Source of the DNA: a virus
Virus record (IMG/VR): IMGVR_UViG_3300017963_000201
Span: 64,001-128,000 of that record
Direction: 5' to 3' (one strand)
Length of the DNA: 64,000 nucleotides
In this document: piece by piece, positions 10,097 through 17,109 of the stretch
Numbering within the stretch: the first letter of the stretch is position 1
Layout of the letters: the number at the start of each line of letters is the position of its first letter
The notes under the pieces: generated by a model
Seen by the model: the letters and a program-made list of their open reading frames with translations, nothing else
Database searches by the model: none
What the model was told of the DNA's origin: nothing
Program-made: the position numbers and the translations under genes

Positions 10097-10442
10097 CGGT
10101 ATGGTAGTATTTGCTGTAAGACTAGCAAATAATAAATTAATGACGGCAGCAGCTTGCTGCAATCCTCTTGATTTAAATACCCCAAAAAGGATAAGGACAA
10201 AACGAGCAATAGCTATCGCTACTAACAGACTGAAGAGATACCGTCTGGCTTTAATAATCCCACCACAGTTAGATCTTAATAAACCAATTTCTGAACAAAG
10301 AAAAATTGTTTGGGATTATCTAAGAGAGCATTTGTTAAGATATAAACAACATAATATGGGGTTACGAAGATATCAAGGAGATCCAGAAAAAAGCGAATTC
10401 CATAAATGGTTGGGGAAATTCGTAAAACACTATGAGAGGTAG
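10065..10442 (+). CDS. Hypothetical protein
   Basis: ORF with GGAG RBS in a tightly packed operon. Confidence 0.55.
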   Translation: MCDLFVFKNPDGMVVFAVRLANNKLMTAAACCNPLDLNTPKRIRTKRAIAIATNRLKRYRLALIIPPQLDLNKPISEQRKIVWDYLREHLLRYKQHNMGLRRYQGDPEKSEFHKWLGKFVKHYER

Positions 10443-10444
10443 GT

Positions 10445-11053
10445 ATGTTTATTGTCATCGAGGGTATTGACGGATCTGGAACGACTACACAAACAAAGCT
10501 ATTAGCAAGTTACATCAATAAGCAAAAAGGTCAAGTAGCGATTGAAACAAAAGAGCCCACAGAACAAACTGTTGGAAGATTAATCAGAGAGATCCTAAGA
10601 AACAAATGGATTAAGATTAATGAATTGAGTATGGCCTTATTGTTTGCTGCAGATCGACTGGATCATATGGAACGTATGGAGCAACATTTGGATAGAGGAC
10701 TGCATATCGTATGTGATCGCTACCTCCATTCTTCTTTATGCTATCAGGGAACCCAGGAAACTTTAGACTTTGTTGCAGCAATAAACGCAAAAGCAAAAAT
10801 ACCTGACGTGACGTATATTTTAGAAATTGATCCAAAGATAGCCCATGAAAGAATCCTCTCTCGGGGCGAACAAGAACAACGATATGATGCTATAGAAAAG
10901 CAAAAACAAATAGCAGACAACTACGATAAAGTATTAAGATCTATGTTTGATGCTAATAAGTTAGTATATCTTCAAGGGGACCGCCCAAAAGATCAGGTAC
11001 ACAAGGACATAGTAAATGATTTTAATAAAAGGATAGGTAATGGTAAAGTTTAG
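10445..11053 (+). CDS. tmk: Thymidylate kinase
   Basis: FIVIEGIDGSGTTTQ P-loop, KEPT, LLFAADR, CDRYLHSSLCYQG. Confidence 0.93.
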   Translation: MFIVIEGIDGSGTTTQTKLLASYINKQKGQVAIETKEPTEQTVGRLIREILRNKWIKINELSMALLFAADRLDHMERMEQHLDRGLHIVCDRYLHSSLCYQGTQETLDFVAAINAKAKIPDVTYILEIDPKIAHERILSRGEQEQRYDAIEKQKQIADNYDKVLRSMFDANKLVYLQGDRPKDQVHKDIVNDFNKRIGNGKV

Positions 11054-11372
11054 AAAACCGATACCAACAATTGAAAAAGAATTCAATATAGAAGAGCATG
11101 TACCCCCAAGGGAAGAGATACCCAAAGAGTTTAAGACATTTATAGGCCAAAGAAACAAATGGGTAGTTGCCGCTGAGGATTGGTTCTATTTTGGGCTATC
11201 CAAGGACAGTCTTAAACCTAAAGATGGTATTGATCTAAATGCCGCACTTATACATCTACAACGATTACTCCACTCTTTTAGTCTAGAGCACAACCACAAA
11301 ATAGCTGCGGCATCTTACCTAATGTCTTTGTGGTTTCAGGAATATACCCCGAGCAAAAGAGATATACCCTAG
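11040..11372 (+). CDS. Conserved hypothetical phage protein
   Basis: 110 aa; WFYFGL...HNHKIAAASYLMSLWF. Confidence 0.55.
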   Translation: MVKFRKPIPTIEKEFNIEEHVPPREEIPKEFKTFIGQRNKWVVAAEDWFYFGLSKDSLKPKDGIDLNAALIHLQRLLHSFSLEHNHKIAAASYLMSLWFQEYTPSKRDIP

Positions 11373-11463
11373 TGCGGGGTACTGTGTCAAGCCAATTCTT
11401 AATGTTTAGGAAAGTGCCTAGAACCTAAATCTTTTTCCTTGAAAAAATTAATCTTTTTATTGC

Positions 11464-11491
11464 TTGACGTACCCAAAAACTTTTGTATTAT
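11464..11491 (+). promoter_or_regulatory. Sigma70-type promoter for the ncRNA cluster
   Basis: TTGACG-N16-TATTAT with AT-rich upstream sequence. Confidence 0.7.
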
Positions 11492-11519
11492 ACACTAAGC
11501 AGCACAAAGAATGATAAGG

Positions 11520-11532
11520 GATCTTTGACAAT
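11520..11532 (+). promoter_or_regulatory. boxA-like antitermination element
   Basis: GATCTTTGACAAT about 25 nt after the predicted start, resembling rrn boxA. Confidence 0.5.
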
Positions 11533-11543
11533 CGGTTGTGGTT

Positions 11544-11600
11544 TTCCCTCTGGGATCTTTAACTCTTTTCGCTTGGACGTTTTAGTCATGCCAGAGGGAA
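11544..11600 (+). ncRNA. Hairpin cassette H1 (10-bp stem, 37-nt loop)
   Basis: TTCCCTCTGG ... CCAGAGGGAA. Confidence 0.5.
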
Positions 11601-11657
11601 TTAATGTGCCCTTGTTCCGGTAACGCTAGGCACGGGACCCTAACAAGGGTAGCCTTT

Positions 11658-11794
11658 GGGCAAATGCTGTATGGCACTCCATAGCTTATATAAGTTCGAA
11701 TCTTATTATACCCTTCGGGGTATATAGCCTAACTGGTAAGGCAGCTTCTTATAAAGAAGCCAAGCGAAAATGTGCCACACAATACTTGTTGCCC
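11658..11794 (+). ncRNA. Y-RNA-like element Y1 with permuted tRNA (anticodon loop UUAUAAA)
   Basis: GGGCAA-ATGC-TGTATGGCAC / GTGCCACACA-ATACTTG-TTGCCC stem encloses T arm (ATAAG TTCGAAT CTTAT), acceptor stem closed by UUCG, D arm and anticodon arm. Confidence 0.8.
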
Positions 11795-11809
11795 TTTATT
11801 AGTCAGATT

Positions 11810-11883
11810 TCTTGCTGAATGCAGTTTATGATTACATTTTTGTGTAAAAAAATCAGATCACAAACTAATCCTTGTCAGCAAGA
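11810..11883 (+). ncRNA. Minimal Y-RNA-like element Y3 (no tRNA domain)
   Basis: TCTTGCTGA-ATGC-AGTTTATGAT ... ATCACAAACT-AATCCTTG-TCAGCAAGA; same internal loop as Y1, Y2, Y4. Confidence 0.72.
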
Positions 11884-11892
11884 TTAATCCTT

Positions 11893-12123
11893 GGGGATCT
11901 AAATGCGCGTCAGGATTACATTGCACTTAACTGTTAATTAAGAGGTTGTTGGTTCGAGTCCAACCTGGCCCATCTCCGCTAGTGGGGGTAGGAATCCATG
12001 TCATAGGTTTACAGTCCCTCCCGTATGCTTGTGGCTTCCGCTCTTTTCTTACCCTCACTTTTATGGGCCAGTAGCTCAATTGGTAGAGATAATATGGTCT
12101 TGGCAAATACTTGTTAGATTCCC
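11893..12123 (+). ncRNA. Y-RNA-like element Y2 with permuted tRNA (GUU anticodon) and nested hairpin
   Basis: GGGGATCTAA-ATGC ... AAATACTTG-TTAGATTCCC; anticodon arm 11926-11942, T arm 11948-11964, acceptor strands 11965-11971 and 12065-12071, D arm 12074-12088. Confidence 0.82.
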
Positions 12124-12135
12124 TTTTTATTATAA

Positions 12136-12210
12136 AATAACTGCATAAGAACGTACACTAACTTAATAAAAATTTTCGATGCACGCCTGCTCTACTCTTA
12201 TGCAGTTATT
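12136..12210 (+). ncRNA. Hairpin cassette H3 (15-bp stem, 45-nt loop)
   Basis: AATAACTGCATAAGA ... TCTTATGCAGTTATT perfect inverted repeat. Confidence 0.55.
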
Positions 12211-12217
12211 ATTTTTT

Positions 12218-12274
12218 GGGGCATTCAGTTTTGTTTAAATATTTGGGGCAATAAAAATATTTCCTGAGTGCCTC
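12218..12274 (+). ncRNA. Hairpin cassette H4
   Basis: GGGGCATTCAG ... CTGAGTGCCTC; the GU pairs favour the + strand. Confidence 0.45.
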
Positions 12275-12288
12275 TCTTAATTGTACTA

Positions 12289-12363
12289 AGAAATCGACGT
12301 TGACCATCCTTACCCCGCATCCCTACCTCAGCTTTCTAGACTTCCCTGGCAACGTCGATTTCT
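12289..12363 (+). ncRNA. Hairpin cassette H5 (14-bp stem, 47-nt C/U-rich loop)
   Basis: AGAAATCGACGTTG ... CAACGTCGATTTCT. Confidence 0.55.
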
Positions 12364-12530
12364 AATTTTGGAGCGTCCGAAGCGTGACTGGATCATTTAA
12401 CATCCAAAAAATCAGCACTAGTTTTTACTTTGGAGTCTAGTATGCCTTCTGTGGATAACGTCTTTAATTTGATTATGGCTTTATTTGCTTCCTGGATTAT
12501 AGTAGTATTTATAGCATCGCACTTTGGCAA

Positions 12531-12603
12531 GGGGCACTAGCCTAACGGATAAGGCATCGGCCTTCTAAGCCGACCAATCGGGGTTCGATTCCTCGGTGTC
12601 CCG
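12531..12603 (+). tRNA. tRNA-Arg(UCU)
   Basis: Full cloverleaf GGGGCAC/GTGTCCC, anticodon arm TCGGC CTTCTAA GCCGA, T loop TTCGATT; CCA not encoded. Confidence 0.93.
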
Positions 12604-12614
12604 TAGGAGATGCT

Positions 12615-12800
12615 ATGAATGATAAGGAAATCGTTGCGGAGCTAAGAAGAATTGGATCTGATGTTTTGAATAAACTTTGGAAAGCTCACCATGATTATCA
12701 TTTCAAAACCATAGATGCCCAAGAGTTTATCAAAATATTTAAACAAGCTGTAGCTAAGTTTAATGAAGCAAATACTATCATAGAAAGAGAAAGACATTAG
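12615..12800 (+). CDS. Small hypothetical protein within tRNA cluster
   Basis: AGGAG RBS, 61 aa, fills the gap between two tRNAs. Confidence 0.55.
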   Translation: MNDKEIVAELRRIGSDVLNKLWKAHHDYHFKTIDAQEFIKIFKQAVAKFNEANTIIERERH

Positions 12801-12883
12801 GCTGCTGTGACGGAATGGTATACGTATCAGACTTAAAATCTGATGCCCAGATGGGATTGAGGGTTCGAGTCCCCCCAGCAGCA
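12801..12883 (+). tRNA. tRNA-Leu(UAA)
   Basis: GCTGCTG/CAGCAGC acceptor, TCAGA CTTAAAA TCTGA, long variable arm, discriminator A. Confidence 0.92.
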
Positions 12884-12886
12884 TAC

Positions 12887-12970
12887 GGATCGGTGCCCGA
12901 GCTGGTCAAAGGGGACGGGCTGTAAACCCGTTGTCATGTGGCTACGATGGTTCGAATCCATCCCGATCCA
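12887..12970 (+). tRNA. tRNA-Tyr(GUA)
   Basis: GGATCGG/CCGATCC acceptor, ACGGG CTGTAAA CCCGT, long (bacterial-type) variable arm. Confidence 0.93.
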
Positions 12971-12980
12971 TATATAAGTC

Positions 12981-13118
12981 TTACTCCGAATGCAGTAAGA
13001 GATTACATTGCTCTTCGAAAGCCGTGGTTGCGGGTTCAAGTCCCGCTCCCCCGATTTCGGGGGATAGCTCAATTGGTAGAGCACGTAAAATAATCTCTTG
13101 CAACCCTTGTCGGAGTAA
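12981..13118 (+). ncRNA. Y-RNA-like element Y4 with permuted tRNA (UCG anticodon)
   Basis: TTACTCCGA-ATGC-A-GTAAGAGATTA ... TAATCTCTTGC-AACCCTTG-TCGGAGTAA encloses anticodon loop, T arm, acceptor stem closed by ATTT, and D arm. Confidence 0.85.
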
Positions 13119-13133
13119 ATTTTTGGAGGTTTT

Positions 13134-13718
13134 ATGAATACGCATATTGAGTACGAACGAAAGTTTTTGATTGGGAAGAGCGATTGGATGCACTATGTCT
13201 CTAAGACAGTTTACATAGTTCAAGGCTACCTGTCTTTTGATATCCCTAGTGTTCGTATTCGAAAACAATGCTCCGTAAATCAATGTGATAATTTATTTTG
13301 CAATCAATGCACCTTTGGGGATAAATTTACAATTCAACTATCGTACAATATAACAATTAAAGGTACTAAAAACAAAGAAGACCTAGCATGTAGGGATGAA
13401 TTTAACATACCTGTTAGCCCCACTATTGGAGATCATATTCTTCGCCAAGTAAAAAAAGATTTTATAGTTAAACAAAGACACTTTGTCAAATACGATGATA
13501 TCATTTGGACCATTGACGAGTTTAAGAGAGATAACCAAGATCTTATAGTAGCAGAGGTTGAGAATAGTAATAACTTACCAAAAGATGAATTTAATAAATC
13601 GGTAAATACTCATATGCCAACATGGGTACTAGAAGAAGTAACACAAGATCCAGATTATTTAAACGTAAATTTAGCTAGGCATCCCTATAACACATGGGAC
13701 TTAAACAAAAACAAATAA
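13134..13718 (+). CDS. CYTH-domain (triphosphate tunnel metalloenzyme) protein
   Basis: EYERKFL, QGYL, VRIR, WTIDEF, LIVAEVE, EVTQDPDYLNVNLA. Confidence 0.9.
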   Translation: MNTHIEYERKFLIGKSDWMHYVSKTVYIVQGYLSFDIPSVRIRKQCSVNQCDNLFCNQCTFGDKFTIQLSYNITIKGTKNKEDLACRDEFNIPVSPTIGDHILRQVKKDFIVKQRHFVKYDDIIWTIDEFKRDNQDLIVAEVENSNNLPKDEFNKSVNTHMPTWVLEEVTQDPDYLNVNLARHPYNTWDLNKNK

Positions 13719-13908
13719 CCGCAACCGATAAATTTATTAATGAGCTACAAAAATTAATAGGATCTAGAATTACTCAAATCGATCTTTGGTACAAAGATGG
13801 TATTATAAGAATGGAGTTCAGAGATAGAGAAGGCATCCAGGTAGACATTAAAAAAGGGCTAATAGAAATTTTTAAGGAAGATAAGTTAATACAAATAAAA
13901 ATATTTTA

Positions 13909-13971
13909 GGCAGCGGTAGTGTACTAATCTTTCCCAAAACAGTGTCAAATGTGTCCATGCCTATCGCTGCC
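13909..13971 (+). ncRNA. Hairpin cassette H6 immediately upstream of the Ro60 RBS
   Basis: GGCAGCGGTAG ... CTATCGCTGCC, 41-nt loop. Confidence 0.45.
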
Positions 13972-13999
13972 ATTGTCCTCACAGAAAGGGGAATGCATT

Positions 14000-15553
14000 A
14001 TGAATAAACAAGTCTTCAAAACGACTAGAGGGAAAATACCCGAAAGGGCTAATACCTACAATAAGGCAGGAGGTAAAGCTTATACGAGATCCCCAGAGGC
14101 ATCTTTAGTACAGATGGCTTTGACAGGAACTTTCTATAATACGTTCTATTGCTCCGGTAGAGCACAACTGAACGAAACGATAGATTTGTGCAAAAAGGTA
14201 GATCCTAGATTCGTAGCACAGACAGCTATCTACGCAAGAAGCAAAGGGCTCATGAAAGATATGCCTATGTTTCTTTGTGCTCATTTAGCAAAAGAAGATC
14301 CTAAACTTTTGGAGCTGATCTTTCCACAGGTAATGAGCAATGGGATAGTCCTCAAGAAGTTTGTACACATGCTTAGGTCTGGGGTTGTCGGGCGTAAAAG
14401 TATGGGGACCACGATCAAAAGAGCTGTTACTAATTGGATCCAGAATCGATCTTACCATGGGTTGTTCCGAGACGCTATCGGTGGGGATGTCACGATTGCA
14501 GACATAATAAAAATGGTTCACCCCAGACCTCAAGATAAATCAAGAGAAGCGTTCTATGCTTATTTGATCGGTAAGAAATATAATCATGAATCACTGCCTA
14601 CTATTGTAAAAGAATATGAGGCTTTCAAAAAAGGAGAAACCAAAGAAGTACCCAATGTAGAGTTTCGTTACTTAACTTCTCTGAAACTGGGTAAAACCGA
14701 ATGGACCCAAATTGCCTTGAACGCCCCTTGGCATATGTGTCGAATGAACTTGAATACCTTTGATCGCCATGGGGTATTCAAGGATAAAAAAGTGACAAAA
14801 AGAATTGCCGACAAAATCAGGGACCGCGAATCAATAAGAAAGGTTGGCGTATTCCCCTACCAACTTTTGGCAGCATACAAAGCAGAGAAGGATTTGCCAC
14901 GAGAGATCATTGAGTCTCTGCACGATGCAATGGAAATCGCAACCAAGAATGTGCCCACTGTTGAAGGGAAAGTTGTATTGTGCCCGGACGTATCAGGTTC
15001 TATGCAAAGCTATAGCGTTACAGGGTCAAAAAATTCTAGTATAAAGCCGTTAGACGTTGCCGCTTTAGTTACAGCCGTGGTATTGAGAAATAACCCAGAC
15101 GCTTTGGTTTTACCCTTCGATACAGGATTACACAATATAAGACTCGAACCTAGAGATACGGTTATGACTAATGCAAACAAACTAGGGAGAATTTATGGTG
15201 GAGGTACCTCAGTAAGTGTACCCATGCGGTATCTTATAGACAAAAGGATCAAAGCCGATGTCATTATCTACATAAGCGACAACGAGTCTTGGGCAGATCC
15301 TTATCACCGAAGTACTGCTTTAGAAGGGTACTGGCAACAATTCAAATCAAAGAATAGAAACGCTAAACTTATTTGTATCGACACTTATGTAGAGAAAAAC
15401 GTACAGGCTAAAGATGCTCCAGATGTATTAAACATTGGTGGTTTTTCAGACAACGTTTTTACGCTAATAAATCTTTTTCTTAATGGAAGCATTGGTACTG
15501 AGGGTATCGTAAGCGAAGTCAAAAAAATTAACATGGGAGAGCGTGATGCCTAA
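14000..15553 (+). CDS. rsr: Ro60 / TROVE-vWA RNA-binding protein
   Basis: NKAGGKAY, TGTFYNTFY, AIYARSKGLMKDMP, RMNLNTFDRHGVF, FPYQLL, vWA MIDAS DVSGSM, GGGT, SDNESW, IGGFSD; start at ATG 14000 after AAAGGGG. Confidence 0.93.
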   Translation: MNKQVFKTTRGKIPERANTYNKAGGKAYTRSPEASLVQMALTGTFYNTFYCSGRAQLNETIDLCKKVDPRFVAQTAIYARSKGLMKDMPMFLCAHLAKEDPKLLELIFPQVMSNGIVLKKFVHMLRSGVVGRKSMGTTIKRAVTNWIQNRSYHGLFRDAIGGDVTIADIIKMVHPRPQDKSREAFYAYLIGKKYNHESLPTIVKEYEAFKKGETKEVPNVEFRYLTSLKLGKTEWTQIALNAPWHMCRMNLNTFDRHGVFKDKKVTKRIADKIRDRESIRKVGVFPYQLLAAYKAEKDLPREIIESLHDAMEIATKNVPTVEGKVVLCPDVSGSMQSYSVTGSKNSSIKPLDVAALVTAVVLRNNPDALVLPFDTGLHNIRLEPRDTVMTNANKLGRIYGGGTSVSVPMRYLIDKRIKADVIIYISDNESWADPYHRSTALEGYWQQFKSKNRNAKLICIDTYVEKNVQAKDAPDVLNIGGFSDNVFTLINLFLNGSIGTEGIVSEVKKINMGERDA

Positions 15554-16304
15554 ACTTCATGAATTATTGGCAGTAGAGTCAGATCTAAAAAATCAATTTG
15601 ATAAGATCTTGCAAGAGACTATTGTTACATTCACCAAAAAGCAAGATCATTTTATGGGCGTGCATAAGACTCTAAAAATGATCGATGATAATCGGGCTCA
15701 TGAGGAAGAAGCAGCTACTCAGTACAAAGAGCTTGATGATACCGTAGACGGTAAATTGGACTATACTTGGAAGTATGTTTCCAAGTATATTAATGCGATT
15801 CATCAGAAGGAAAGTACAAACCAAACTGCTAAAGCAGACCTGGTTGTGGAAGGTAAGGTTTTAGCCAAAGACCTTCCTGCCACTTTACTTTTGAGCATGG
15901 AATCGAAGCTAAAGTTTCTTCGTGGGGTCTACGAAAAGATACCCACGCTACAACCCGGAGTAAAGTGGGTACCAGATCCACAAAGAGGTAAAGGTGTGTT
16001 TCAGGCAGAGCCTCCAGAGATGACCCATAAAACGGAGAAGGATCTGAAATCGAAAACTCTGTTTGAGGGTAATAAAGAACACCCACCACAAATTGAAAAG
16101 TGGATGGAATCTTTCGTTGTGGGTACCTACACAAAAGATATGTGGTCTGGTATGTATTCTCCAGCCAAGAAGTCTGAGGTTTTGGGTAGATTGGATACCC
16201 TGATTCAAAGCATCAAAAAAGCCCGTATGCGTGCAAACGATACAGAGGTTTTGAAGACCGAAGTTAATCTTGCGGGTGCGTTGTATAGCTATTTGACAAA
16301 GTGA
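15546..16304 (+). CDS. Conserved uncharacterised protein overlapping the Ro60 3' end
   Basis: MPKLHELLAVE..., NQTAKADLVVEG...LPATLLL.MESKL, EHPPQIEKW, SGMYSPAKK...IKKARMRAN; I recall a similar uncharacterised bacterial/phage family (unverified). Confidence 0.75.
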   Translation: MPKLHELLAVESDLKNQFDKILQETIVTFTKKQDHFMGVHKTLKMIDDNRAHEEEAATQYKELDDTVDGKLDYTWKYVSKYINAIHQKESTNQTAKADLVVEGKVLAKDLPATLLLSMESKLKFLRGVYEKIPTLQPGVKWVPDPQRGKGVFQAEPPEMTHKTEKDLKSKTLFEGNKEHPPQIEKWMESFVVGTYTKDMWSGMYSPAKKSEVLGRLDTLIQSIKKARMRANDTEVLKTEVNLAGALYSYLTK

Positions 16305-16625
16305 ACAAGCTTTGGGCCAGCATCATAATTAGTCTCTGTTGTTAATTTTGTCCTTGGTGTTTTGCCCACAGCTTTAAACCTAAAGACGGATCAATTACTG
16401 GGCATGAATAAAAACCGCGTGCAGTGCGGGTTCAAGTCCCGTTCCGACCACCATATGGTCGGATAGTTCAATGGTAGAACGCATGCTTGATCAGATTCTA
16501 AATCGTGTGCCAGGAAAGATTCGGTACAGGGGGCTCGCTGGATGCCCTGTATCCCAGCACTTGGGTGGGATTGCTGTTGTGAAAAATGGTGATTTTTTAT
16601 AGCGGGCAATCCCATCTCTTTTTAT
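16305..16625 (+). ncRNA. Structured RNA containing a permuted tRNA-like module (16417-16486)
   Basis: GCGTG-CAGT-GCGGG TTCAAGT CCCGT-TCCGACC-ACCA-TAT-GGTCGGA-TA-GTTC AATGGTA GAAC-G-CATGC; outer boundaries approximate. Confidence 0.7.
16563..16624 (+). terminator. Long-hairpin intrinsic terminator
   Basis: GGGTGGGATTGC ... GCAATCCCATCT followed by T6. Confidence 0.65.
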
Positions 16626-17109
16626 TATGAAAAGTATAAATTTTACTATAGATATACCATACCGCTTATACCAACATTTTAATCTTAATTTTTACTTAAT
16701 TATAGGAAAGAATGAATTCCAGGTATCCCCCTTAAATTATTTTTGTCTCAATAATCCCCCCATAGAAAGCATGCGAAAGCTTATAGTTGATACACTGGTA
16801 TCCTATGACAAAGACAAAAAATAATTCTTTAGATGCGGACATGGGAGATCTTAGATTAAAGATTATACCGAATCCTTATTTAGAAAGTAGAACTATAGTA
16901 GTTTCTTTGGACGTATTTCGAGATCTCGGGTTTGCTTACCAGGAATTTAGGGATGAAAGAAACGATACTGGAAGAAAAAAAGACTGAGTATAAAAGATCT
17001 ATGACAGGATGCGTACCGATAGATCACGGAAAAACATATATTAAATTATATAGATCTTTATTTTGGTACCAACAAAAACATGCTTTATATGATGCCCTAC
17101 TAGAGTTAT

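Noticed and set aside
11566-11770. 11-nt complementarity between the H1 loop (TTTTCGCTTGG) and the Y1 junction (CCAAGCGAAAA)
   Set aside because: A single 11-mer is near chance expectation for a region of this size; needs covariation evidence
11373-12530. CRISPR or mini-CRISPR array
   Set aside because: No identical direct repeats with regular spacing; the recurrence is structural
12801-12883. tRNA with TAA read as an ochre suppressor
   Set aside because: Anticodon UAA decodes Leu UUA, and the body is a normal class II tRNA-Leu
11658-13118. Archaeal/algal-type permuted tRNAs processed at bulge-helix-bulge motifs
   Set aside because: I see no canonical BHB at the junctions, the flanks form Y-like stems, and the promoter and RBS signals are bacterial
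12642-13283. ORFs 12642-12884, 12833-13084, 12931-13137 and 12981-13283 (also 16391-16615)
   Set aside because: Shadow translations of tRNA and Y-like RNA genes
13949-13999. Longer Ro60 start at 13949
   Set aside because: Lies inside hairpin H6 with no RBS; ATG 14000 has an RBS and a typical N-terminus
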